Source of the DNA: the human T2T-CHM13v2.0 reference genome, Homo sapiens
Direction: 5' to 3' (one strand)
NCBI RefSeq assembly: GCF_009914755.1
Contig: NC_060926.1
Length of the DNA: 64,000 nt
Positions 15,095 to 27,799 of the stretch are shown here, piece after piece. How positions within the stretch are numbered: the stretch's first letter is position 1; each line of letters begins with the position of its first letter. Under the pieces are notes generated by a model, which did not search any database, was not told the DNA's origin, and was given only the letters and a program-made list of their open reading frames with translations. Position numbers and translations under genes: made by a program.

Positions 15095-15357
15095 TGTCAT
15101 AGGCTGAAGTGTGTACCCCAAAAATGTGTATGTTGAAGTCCTAACCCCCTAGTTCCTCATAATGGGACTGTATTTGGAGATGAGGTCTTTAAAGAGGTAA
15201 ACAGGTTATTTTAACCTAATGACCTTATTTTAAGGTCATTAAGTTGGGCTCTAATCCAACATAACTGATGTCCTTATGAGAAGAGGGAATCTGGGGACAG
15301 ACAGGTACAGAGGAAAGACCATGTGAAGATGCAGGGAGAAGAGAGAATGACCTGTAG
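15095..15357 (+). mobile_element. MLT1B-like LTR, 3'-truncated
   Basis: Contains tatgttgaagtcctaacccc, gactgtatttggagat, ctaatccaacataactgatgtccttat and gaccatgtgaaga. Confidence 0.85.
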
Positions 15358-15456
15358 GAGTTCCTCTTTCAGTTGTTCCATATGAAACAACATCACACAA
15401 GTGTCTGTCTTTAGTGAACATGAACAGATAGTTTGACAACTAAAATTACCTTTAAA

Positions 15457-15621
15457 AAGAGGTTCTCACAACCAAACTGCAAATTAGAATCACTGTGGGA
15501 AGACTTTTAAAATATCAACACCAGGGCCCCATCTCTAAAGATACAGGTTTGATTGTTCTGGGGTGGGGCAGAGTCATCATTATTTTGTTAACTTCTCAAG
15601 TGATTTTTTGTATACATAGCC
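15457..15621. mobile_element. MER5-like hAT-Charlie element
   Basis: Contains gaggttctca, attagaatcac, ctggggtggggc and caagtgatt. Confidence 0.65.
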
Positions 15622-16235
15622 AATTTCTTTAAATTGCTTTAAAGAAACTTAGGGAAAAAAATCAGATAATTAGCTTTAGAAACTGAGAAAAGTGGTAATA
15701 ATATCTCTTCTAAATAAGTGAAGTGCTAGAATATGTTCAAAGATTTTAAAATCATTATCTAAACAACAGTAATTCTTTCCATACTAATCTATAGATTCAG
15801 TGTAATTCTAACCAGAAGCTGAGAAGGATTGTTTATACAACTTGACAAGCTCATTTTAAGATTTTTATGAAAGAGAAAGGAACTCAAAGTAGCCAAAATA
15901 CTCATGAATAAAGAGGGGAAAATTCTCCCCTCCTCAAATACTTAGACTAAGAAACTATAAGAATTAAGATGGTAGAGTGAGACGTCGAGAAAGACAATTG
16001 GCAAATAGAATACAGAATACAGAAAGAAATTTATGACTAAATAACATAAATATGCAATAGAGGTGTCATGACAGATTGCTACATATAGAACCCAGAAATT
16101 GTTATTTGTATGGAAAAAAGATTTAAAACATTCCTATATTACACAATACATAAAAATCAATTTCAGATGATAAAACATAAAACTGTCAGTAGAATTTTAA
16201 TGATTTTAGAAAAAGCATATATAATCTTACATTGA

Positions 16236-16547
<312 letters not shown>

Positions 16548-16605
16548 AAGATTTATTAAATAAAACATTAAAAGGTGTTAAGCATAAAAGCAAACTTAAT
16601 AAATC

Positions 16606-17088
16606 TTTTTTTGAGGGAGATGCGGTCTCACTCCGTTGCCCAGGCTGGAGTGCAGTGGCATAGTCACAGTTCGTTACAACATCCTAGGCTCAAGTGATCC
16701 TTCCACCTCAGCTTCCTGAGTAGCTGGAACTACAGGCATGCACCACCACACCCAGCTAATTTTTTGTATATATATCTATATATATATATATATACATATA
16801 TTTATATATATATTTATATATTTTTATATATATTTATATATATTTTTATATATATTTATATATATATTTTTATATATATTTATATATATTTTTATATATA
16901 TTTATATATATATATTTTTATATATTTTTTTATATATATTTTCATATATATATATACACACTTTTTTTTTGTAGCGATGGGGTTTTGCCATGTTGCCAAG
17001 GCTGGTCTCAAACTCCCGGGCTAAAGATATCCATTTCCTCAGCCTCCCAAAGTGCTGAGATTACAGGCGTGAGCTACCACACCCTGCC
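16606..17088 (-). mobile_element. AluJ with a large (TA)n expansion in the central linker
   Basis: Right arm 16606-16766 and left arm 16961-17088; J-type ggtctcactc and ggctcaagtgatcc. Confidence 0.9.
16767..16960. repeat. Interrupted (TA)n / T-run microsatellite, ~195 bp
   Basis: Almost entirely A/T; tatata blocks broken by ttt to ttttt runs. Confidence 0.95.
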
Positions 17089-18091
17089 TAAATTAAATCT
17101 TTTTTTTTGGAAAAAACAAACAATACACATAAAAAGTTGACAAAAACATAAACAAGTAGTTCTAGACAAGATAATTTGCATAGTCAATAATATGGAAAAA
17201 TGTTCAAACATTATAATGAGGAAAATGTATATCAAGACCAAAATTAGAAATCATGTTTGATTAACAAATATTAAGAAATCTGATAATTCAAAGTATTGGA
17301 TGCCTTATTCCTGCTACTGAAAATATATAAATTCATTGACCACTTTGGATGGTAATACAGTATTATATATATTTTTCTTATCTTATGACCACAATTTTAT
17401 TTCTTGATGCAGACCAACAGAAATCATTCTACATGTGCTTCAGAATAGATGTATAAAACTATTCATAGGAAAAGGTTTATAATAGCAAAATTCTGGAAAA
17501 AAATTTAAAAATCTGTAATGGAAAAATATATGAAGAATTGTGGTATATTCATGATGTGGAATATTATGCAACAATGAACATTTAAGAGTAGTTACTTACC
17601 ACAACATGCACGCAAGAATTAACATGTTAACTGAAAGCGTGAGTCTCAGAAGCCTACATGAAGGATGACACTCTTAAATAAAGCTCAAAAACAAAGGTAT
17701 ACCATATGCTGTTAGGCCTTAAAATCTATGTAATCAAACTAATTATAAAAATAAAGGGATGACCAACACAACTGTCAGGATAGTCATTACTTCACTGTAA
17801 GGTAGGGAAACAACACATGAGTTGATGTAAAGTGTTGATAATATTTTAGTTCTTAGGTGTATTTTGATGTTCACAAAACAAATTACATGAATAAACAAGA
17901 GAGGTATGCAATCATAATTGGTTATGAAACAACAGCTATAATAGATCCAATTCTGTGGACTTAATTAATCAGTATAATTTCCAGTGTTGTTTTTAGATCT
18001 TAGCAACCACTGAGGTGATATTAAGACTATTGGCATTTTTATTTATATACTTTATATATTATGTTAAATACTTCCTGAGTGGCAGTCAACA

Positions 18092-18411
18092 GGCCAGATG
18101 TTATGGCTTATACCTGTAATCCCAGAACTTTGGGAGGCTGAGGCAGGCAGATCACTTGAGCTCACGAGTTTGAGAACAACCTGGGCAATATGGTGAGACC
18201 CCTGTCTCTACTAAAAATCCAAAAAACAAAAAATTATCCATGAGTGGTGGCCCAAGTCTGTGGTCTGTGGTCCCAGCTACTCGAGAGGCTGAGGTGAGAA
18301 GATTGCTTGGGCCCAGGGGCTGGAGTTGCAGTGAGCCAAGACTGTGCCGCTGCACTCTGCCTGGGTAAAAGATTGAGACCCTGTCTCAAAAAAAAAAAAA
18401 AAAAAAAAAAA
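18092..18411 (+). mobile_element. AluJ
   Basis: Contains gatcacttgagctcacgagttt, gattgcttgggcccagg and gagaccctgtctc, then a 24-nt poly(A). Degenerate TSD gtggcagtcaa/gtggcagttaa. Confidence 0.92.
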
Positions 18412-19833
18412 GAATGTGGCAGTTAATGTAGATGCATTTGTATTTGTTGAAAGGAGAATATATTAATGTGTTTATGTATTGCTTGAAGCATGGTTTGAGA
18501 CATTTTGGTCTCAAATAACAGAACATACTACATACAATGTCTTGAGAACATGAAAGGTACAAAGTTCTCATAACTTGAAAATTCCAGAGGTAATTAAGCT
18601 GAGGTTCTGTTTTGCCCTCATGTCTCTGCAATTCTTTCAGCAACACCTTTATACTTTTGCTAGCCTCATCCTCAAGTATTTTTTTTCCTTATGGTTTCAA
18701 GACTTGCATCCATAGGCAATGCAATTTTCTTTTTCAGAAGAAAAAATTCCCAAACCACAAATTAAAGTTTCAGCTAGAAAACACCACATACAGACTCTGG
18801 TGTACCTGGCCATGCTTGTGCCAATCCCTGTAGAAAATGGAGGGAAATTATACTGATTTTCTTAAATCAATCTCTTGAGTCGAGGGCTGATGAAAGGCAG
18901 TATTCCATATAATCTGAACTTTTGGGGTTCTATTAGGAAGGAGGAAAGGGAAATGTATGCCAGAAAAGTACCAAAATATTCACTGCATTTAATTAGGAGT
19001 TAATTAGAAATCAATCATTTTTTAAATATCAAAATTAAAATTAGTGGCAGAAATTTTTCATATATAGTATATATTCATTCTTTAGGAATCTCTTTTTTAG
19101 TAGTATCATATAATCCAATTCCTAGCTCTCTTTTTTATTTTTTGTTTAATTTTTTATTTCATTTAATATTCTGTGGAAGTAAATTTGACTATAAGAACCA
19201 GCATTTCAAGCCAGCAAAGCAATAATTATGCAATTAACTTTAACTAGCCAAAATGCAGTGGGGTTCAAAAACCCTCTCTTACTTCAGATGCTTAATAATA
19301 CTAATTTTTCAACCATAAAAGAAAGTACACAATGTTTAAGGAGGCAATTTACTAGCCTTCTAGATGAGTTCCTAATAAAAAGCTGTTCTGCAAATGAAAA
19401 AGGAAACAAAGAACTTAATGTACTTAGATTTCCAGATTTCAATGGAATGTCTTCCATCACAAATTATTTCCTGCTCCTTGATCTTCACAAGCCAATGTTT
19501 GCTATCTGCTTTAAGTTTTTGACAAATCATTGCTTTATGCTTAAATAACCACATTCACAAATGCCATCTCCATGAAATACAAGGGTCCATCATCAGATAA
19601 TTAATGCAGCAAAGCAACTGTGGGTACCAGTGTGTCTCAAGTGGTTGCTGTTCAAGGTTAACCTCCTTGCTTTGACATCATAAAATGATAGTGTACCAAG
19701 TTTCAAAGGGCCTGTTTTAATTAAAATATACAGGCATTGCTAATAGGAATGAAATGTCATCAGACCTGAAAATCTCTGTGCAAACATTTTCAGTGCTGTT
19801 ATTCTGCACTATAACGCCACACTTCATTGTCAG

Positions 19834-20326
19834 TGAGGCAGGCAGAATAATAGTGCCTAAAGATGTCTATGTCCTAATCCCTGGAACCTATGAGCGTGTT
19901 ACCTGAAGTGGCAAATGGGACTTTACAGCTGTCATTCAGTTCAGGTCCCTGAAATGGAAAGATTATCCTGGGTTATCTCAGCGGGCCTGACATAATCACG
20001 TGGTCTTTAAAAGCGAGAATCTTTCCTGGTTGTGATCAAAAGGTGATTTCTACCCAAGAAGAATCAAAGGTGCAAAAATTCTGGCTCTGAAGATGGAGGA
20101 AACAGTCCAAAAGCCAAGGGATGTGGGCAGCTTCTAGAAGCCAGAAAAGGGAAGGAAACAGATTTTCCTCTAGGGCCTCCCTAAGGAAGGCAGCCTTGCC
20201 AAAACTTTGATTTTAACCCAATGAGACCCATGTCAGACTTCCAGAACCATAAAATAACGAATTTGAGTTGTTTTAAGTCATGAAGTTTGTGGTGATTTGT
20301 TGCTGCAGCAATAGGAAATGAATACA
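19834..20326 (+). mobile_element. MLT1D solo LTR, complete
   Basis: Runs tgaggcaggcagaataat ... gtcctaatccctggaacct ... gcagcaataggaaatgaataca. Perfect 5-bp TSD gtcag at 19829-19833 and 20327-20331. Confidence 0.92.
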
Positions 20327-21403
20327 GTCAGCAAATACTGCAATATTTGAAGTATATTCAAGATGTTAAATACATACAAATTACCTCTCATTTAAATGAG
20401 GTTTTATATATCTTATATGTTGATTGTGACATTTGCTTTTTATTTCTTCTGCAAATTCCCAGTTCCTCCGTTAAAAAAGAGATAATTTCCTTTAATAGGG
20501 TTGATTAGGTTAAACCTTTTTTGAATATTCTTTATTTCTCAATATAATGAGATTAATAATAATTAAGTAACTTTGAAATGCCATTTCTGTAGTTCCTTCA
20601 GAGCTTAACTATAGCGCTTGATTCTGTTCTTAGAGTATAAATTTTGAAGTGTGCCTCCCTGTGGGTAAAAGAGACTTCTTAAAAAAGCGTCAGTCAGCAA
20701 GCAAAGTGCTGAGCTCTACCCTTTACTGATTTTCCATATCATGGAAAGAACAACCCTAAAATCTGAATTCTGTCACTCTGCAGAATCTACTCCATCCCAG
20801 GGATGTAAAGCAATGTTGCACCCAGGGATTGCTACTGGCATGTGGTACCCTCCTGAGCAGAAGCGTGGGAAGCTGATCTTGACCACAGACCTGATGTGTG
20901 TACCCTGTTGTTGTTGTTGTCATGTGCTGAAGGACTGCACCCCATCACTTTGGCTTCCACTTCATTTCTGCATTACCCACTCCACCTGCAAGGCTTGCCC
21001 CACAGTGACTCCCATGGCAAGTCTCATCCTAGTTACACCCTGTTTGCTATTTCCAAATTGTTTTGCTTTCCTTCTAGAAAATGTAGACAGAAGGGTGCAG
21101 GTGTTTTGCCCACATCTGCATAATGTAAACTGTGTATGTATATACATATATAGTTGTTTCCAGGAGCCCATCTCTGTGGGATAATGTGTAATTCAAACAC
21201 CTACCAGACTGAAGGCAGCTTTTGTACACTTGGCTTCTGAAAGAGTTGCTGCTTCCCTCTTGCACGTAATAAAACTGTGATATCCATCTAAGTTTATGCA
21301 TATTTGTTCATATCCTAGTATACAGCAACTGCAAGAAATAGACCACAGACAAGTTCTAGGACTTGCTCTAGAGAGAGAAAAAGTATATATTTGTGCTATT
21401 TCA

Positions 21404-21491
21404 TCAGCCTCTTTAATCACCTGTATCATGACGGAAGTGACACCCTTGTCAGTTTCTTTGATCACCTGTATCATGGCAGAAGTGATACCCT
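21404..21491. repeat. 45-bp tandem duplication (2 copies)
   Basis: tcagcctctttaatcacctgtatcatgacggaagtgacaccct versus tcagtttctttgatcacctgtatcatggcagaagtgataccct, 37/43 identical. Confidence 0.9.
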
Positions 21492-21700
21492 GCCTAAATA
21501 GGACTCTATTCATAAAATCTGCACATTGTTTTCCACAGTAAGAAATTGCAATTCTAGATTTTTTTCTGATTGTACAAGAGAGCGCCCTTTTAGAACAACA
21601 CATTAAATTAGAAGATATGCATATTTTTAAAAAAATCATGAAATCTTACCGCTCTAAGATTACTTCCAAGAATAGTATGCAGAGTGTGCTGTGCTTTTCT

Positions 21701-22016
<316 letters not shown>

Positions 22017-23762
22017 ACACCGTGTCTTCAGACACAAGCAGATGTAATTTTACATAAATAAGTGAATGAGACATCAAGATTTCTGGTTTTGTTATGAATG
22101 CTTTTAATGTTTTAAATTCAGTTATTGTTATCATTGTTCTTGTTTTGATTTCTTATTCCCTCTCTCCTAATTTTTACATTTCCCCATTAACATATGACAG
22201 TCATTATGTATGTACGCATATGTGTATATATGTATATGTTCCTGCATTTTGGTAGTGTTTTGTGCTGCCAAAAGTGGGGATTTGGAGGAGATAGAACGTT
22301 TGCTTTAAAAAAATACTTCAGTAAGTTTTCAAAATGCAAAGTTTAGCCTGACGTCTAGTGTTGATTAAGGGAGGAGAGTTTCTCTGCCTAGAGGAGAACA
22401 ATTTAGGAAAAGAGTTCATGATTTTTAGCTAGAGAGGGAACAGAAGGTTTCCAAGGTGAAGAGAAAGAGAGAGACCTGAAAAGTGGAGGTTTGCCAGGGC
22501 CCGTCAGGATCAGGTGAGGAGGAAACCTGGCCAATGAGGATTTCTTTTCGACAGGCACGGCCAATGGACAAGAGAGGCAGGCAGAGCTTGTCTTTTACAT
22601 TCTTGCTTATACCGTGTTGCCTTGTAATTCCCCCTTATCATCTGCAACTTTCAGGAGAAAATCTGTTACACTGTCAGCAGCCACATGATGTTAGGGAAAA
22701 GAACAACTAAGAGACCCATGCAATAAGAAAACATAGAGGAATAAGAAAAATAATTCAGCGGCAAGGCTGAATTTAAAAATTCCATAGAAGCTGGAAATTA
22801 TAGTAAAGTAATAGCCCTCAGAGAATCCTCAGAAATTCTGGAAAAGGAGTGGCACTGTAGAACATGGAATGAGAATGATGCTTTGAGTAGTAAAGGAAAA
22901 TGTTAACCAAGGGAACTGCAGGACTCCGGAACACTGAGGAGGCTGACAATTTAGAAGAAAACTTCTTTAGTGTGAATTTTCATAAACACAACTACCAAGT
23001 CAGTGGTAGTCTATGTATCATTATATCTTCAGTATATTCCCATGGAAATGCTTATGTAAAGTTCTGTTTTTATCATATTCTAGAACAAAAGTGGGTCTTT
23101 TCTTCTTTGTCAATTTGGTAGGTAAGACATTACATACCCTGGTTAGAATACCTTTGCAGTTCATTGACTTCTAATGAGGTTGAAAACTCCTTTACTTTCT
23201 TTTTTATTTCTACTTCTGTGAATTTAGATATCATAATTCTGAATTCAATCATTGGGGAATAGCCAACTAATCCAGTTATCTCCCTATAAATATATCCTGC
23301 ATTTTTTAACTTGTAATTTTATAAATGTAGTAAAAAAGACATTTTTTTAAAGTAGGACCAAACTTATACTATAGAATGAGAACAGATTTATTTTACTACA
23401 GAGCTGGCTTAAATATAGTTATCTGTAACAAACAACATATAATTTTTAAGTAAATTTTCAATTAATTTCTCATTGGTATATGTTGGAAAGTTGGAAACCC
23501 CAAGATAGATGTGGCCAATAGAATGAGTTGCCTGTGTTCTGGTCAGGTTGGGATCTCTTTTCTAATACTGTTATATTTCGCCTTCTTTGGGTTCTACATT
23601 TGAGGTAGGGATGAAAGGGATTGAAATCTGCCCTGTTTGCTGGGAAAAAAAAAAATGTTTTCCAGTTAGGGCTTGGGCCAAAACACGGATTTTCTATGGC
23701 TCAAAAACATGAAGCCCATGAACCTCCCTGTATAATAGTAACTATTCTCCTTCGGTTCAGGA

Positions 23763-24134
23763 TATATTTGTCAGTTTGGGTTGCAAAGCACAAACTGTGG
23801 CTGAAGCAACAGATATTTATTTCTCATAGTCCTGGAGGTTGGAAGTCTAAGATCAAGGTGCTGCCAGGATTGGTTTCTGGTAAAGCCACCCTTTCTTCTG
23901 TTTTCTGACTGTGTCCTCACATGGCCTTTGCTTTTGCACGCGGACAGAGAGTGTGGGGGATCTCTGGAGTCTCTTCCTCCTCTTTTAAGAACGCCAGTCA
24001 TAAAAGATTCGGGCCTCACCCACATTCTTTTAACCTTAATTACGTTTGTAAAGGCATTATCCCCAAATACAATCATATTGGAGGTTAAAGCTTCACACGT
24101 GAATTTTAGGGAGTGCAAGTAAGTTCATGGCACA
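23763..24134 (-). mobile_element. MLT1A/B-like LTR
   Basis: Contains tttatttctcatagtcctggaggttggaagtctaagatcaaggtg, ctgtgtcctcacatgg and ccaaatacaatcatattgg. Confidence 0.85.
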
Positions 24135-25576
24135 GGAGCTCAAGTTTTACTGTTGATATCACATCCAGGGGTATGTAGGTTATGCCATAGCAGCAGTGTA
24201 TTGTGCAAAGAGATATAAGTTGGATTTCCATTATTTCAAGTGTCATTACTGGTTTTCATTGGGAAATACGTAATTCCAGGCTAAGGGATAAATCAATGGG
24301 ATAAATAATGCATAATTCTGCATTGATAATCAAGTATTGGAATAAATCGTTGTGCACTTGATAAATGAAAGACTGTATGAGAGTTATTAAGCAAAATCAG
24401 AACAAACATATTTTAAAAATCACTCCTACATACCAAAGCTAAGTATTTCAAAGTTAAGACTACAAATTGAAAATGGCTTAAAAGATTGGGCTTTTGATAA
24501 TATATTTGTGCGTTAAGAAAACCATCAGCAAACATTCCACAGAGGAATTTTACCTTTAGTTCTTCTGACATTTGCAAAGGTCCCCTCCTCCCTCCTCTTT
24601 TTATTATGAGTTAGGGGCTTTCCAGCTGCCAGGTAGCTTTGAAGTTACATATCTTCCTAGGACTATTGACTTCCTCCGGAGATATCTCCCTAAATCCTCT
24701 TAGAGAATACGATGCTCAGAGCTTTTGTTCTATATAATCACTCCCAGTTAGAAAGAATAAACTCAGGACCAAGCAACTTGGCTGGGTGCTTAAAGCCCTG
24801 CTGGATGCAGCCAGACACGACCAGGTGTCGTAGGATTCTGAGAGGAAAGAGAGAAGCTCCCCCTGCCCCCCAAACACACACAGCCCTGAGAAGGAGCCGT
24901 TTTCACCAGCAGTATTTTTACTTGAAATCATCACCACAATGTACACCAACAGGCAGGGAGACAGGAACAGGCAGCTGCACCAGGAAAGAACATTGAGAGC
25001 TGACAATGTGTGTGGACGCATGAGTGAATGCACATATGTATGTATGGATGGATGGATGTGTATGTCTCACACACACACACACCCCTAAGAGTTTTATATT
25101 TTCTTATGTGCATCTCTCTATTTTTTTTCCTTTGAATACTATTTACCATATCATAGAGCTCTCACAGAAAAACAAGCATCAACAAATTGTTCTCCTCATT
25201 ATCTCTGAGGCTTCTTTAAATGTTGAGTACTACTTTTATTTTACTGTTTAAATAATAATTGATTTGGTATTTCAAAGGCATATGAGCACTTTCCACCCAG
25301 GTCCTGTATGTTATCTCTTTGTTTATGAACTTTTAAGATCTCTAGACAATTCCAGAGCCTTTCAGTTATGTTCTCCAACATAGCTTCGGCTGTTGCCAAA
25401 AGAATGAATCATTAAATATTGGCCTGAGAAGGCTGATTCTAACAGTTTCAAGAAGTTTTTCTAATCTGATACAATATTAGTGATATAGATTTTTATATAA
25501 TTTGTTCTCTGAGGATAAAGCAAAACTTTTATGCCCTTTTGAAATGCCACTATAAAACAAAATTAAAGAACACCTT

Positions 25577-26143
25577 CAAGGATCTAGAATTAGAAATACC
25601 ATTTGGCCCAGCCATCCCATTACTGGGTATATACCCAAAGGATTATAAATCATGCTGCTATAAAGACACATGCACATGTATGTTTATTACGGCACTATTC
25701 ACAATAGCAAAGACTTGGAACCAACCCAAATGTCCATAACTGATAGACTGGATTAAGAAAATGTGGCACATATACACCATGGAATACTATGCAGCCATAG
25801 AAAAGGATGAGTTCATGTCCTTTGTAGGGACATGGATGAAGCTGGAAACCATCATTCTCAGCAAACTATCGCAAGGACAAAAAACCAAACACCATATCTT
25901 CTCACTCATAGGTGGGAATTGAACAATGAGAACACTTGGACACAGGAAGGGGAACATCACACACTGGGGCCTGTCATGGGGTGGGGGGAGGGGGGAGGGG
26001 GGAGGGATAGCATTAGGAGATATACCTAATGTAAATGAGGAGTTAATGGGTATAGCACACCAACATGGCACATGTATACATATGTAAAAAATCTGCACGT
26101 TGTGCACATGTACCCTAGAACGTAAAGTATAATTAAAAAAAAA
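25577..26143 (+). mobile_element. L1PA4/5-like 5'-truncated insertion (ORF2 C-terminus, 3' UTR, poly(A))
   Basis: Translates to DLELEIPFGPAIPLLGIYPKDYKSCCYKDTCT (L1 ORF2 C-terminus), followed by an L1PA 3' UTR. Perfect TSD aaagaacacctt at 25565-25576 and 26144-26155. Confidence 0.95.
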
Positions 26144-26238
26144 AAAGAACACCTTATAATCCTAACTGGGAATATCAAAAATTTGATGAAATGTCTAACT
26201 CCAGATGTTATTTTCTACGATTAAGAATGTGTTGTGCT

Positions 26239-26583
<345 letters not shown>

Positions 26584-27024
26584 TCATGAAATGTAGAACA
26601 GAAGTGACCCAGAGCTCAAGGCATTGTCTGTCCACAACTTTCAAGTCCACTCCTCAGAGTGCCCTGCAAAGTGGAGAGTCTTTCTCCAAAGCAAATTCTG
26701 CTTGGGCTGAGCCTCTGTTTTAGCTTTTTAGCAATCATTGTACCTAGAATAATAAGCTTTTGGCTTCATGTCATTTTAGGTCATCTCAGGCTTTCTGTAC
26801 ACTGTAGAAGACTCAACTCATAATATGAGAATCTTTTAGATAACCACCAAGTACACTATGAAGGACCTTTTAAACTGAGGTACATCATTACTGGGGAATG
26901 GCCCAAATTTTCATTAGTTACTTCTGGAAACTGCTTTTCTCCCATTATGGTATGTTAGAGATCCAAATAGGCTCTGCTTTGCTGGACTATCATGTACATT
27001 AAGATATACTGTTAAGAAAGCAGA

Positions 27025-27660
<636 letters not shown>

Positions 27661-27687
27661 ATAAAGTTTATTTTTTAAAAAACAGAT

Positions 27688-27797
27688 GTGATACATGAAA
27701 TATGTTTTTATTTTTCCTCAGTTCCTGTCACACAGCTCCTGAAGCCCTTGGAATTTTGTGAGTAATAGGAGGGTCTTTTTTATTCACAAAGATACCC
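27688..27797 (+). mobile_element. MER21-like LTR, 5' portion (split by an L1)
   Basis: tgtgata ... cagttcctgtcacacagctcctgaagcccttggaattt; continues at 31633. Confidence 0.7.
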
Positions 27798-27799
27798 AT

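Noticed and set aside
16738-17024. IYIYIF-rich ORFs that look hydrophobic
   Set aside because: Read-through of the TA microsatellite.
20741-21639. The longest non-repeat ORFs (147 and 148 aa)
   Set aside because: No recognisable domain and overlapping ORFs on both strands. The repeated peptide comes from the 45-bp duplication.
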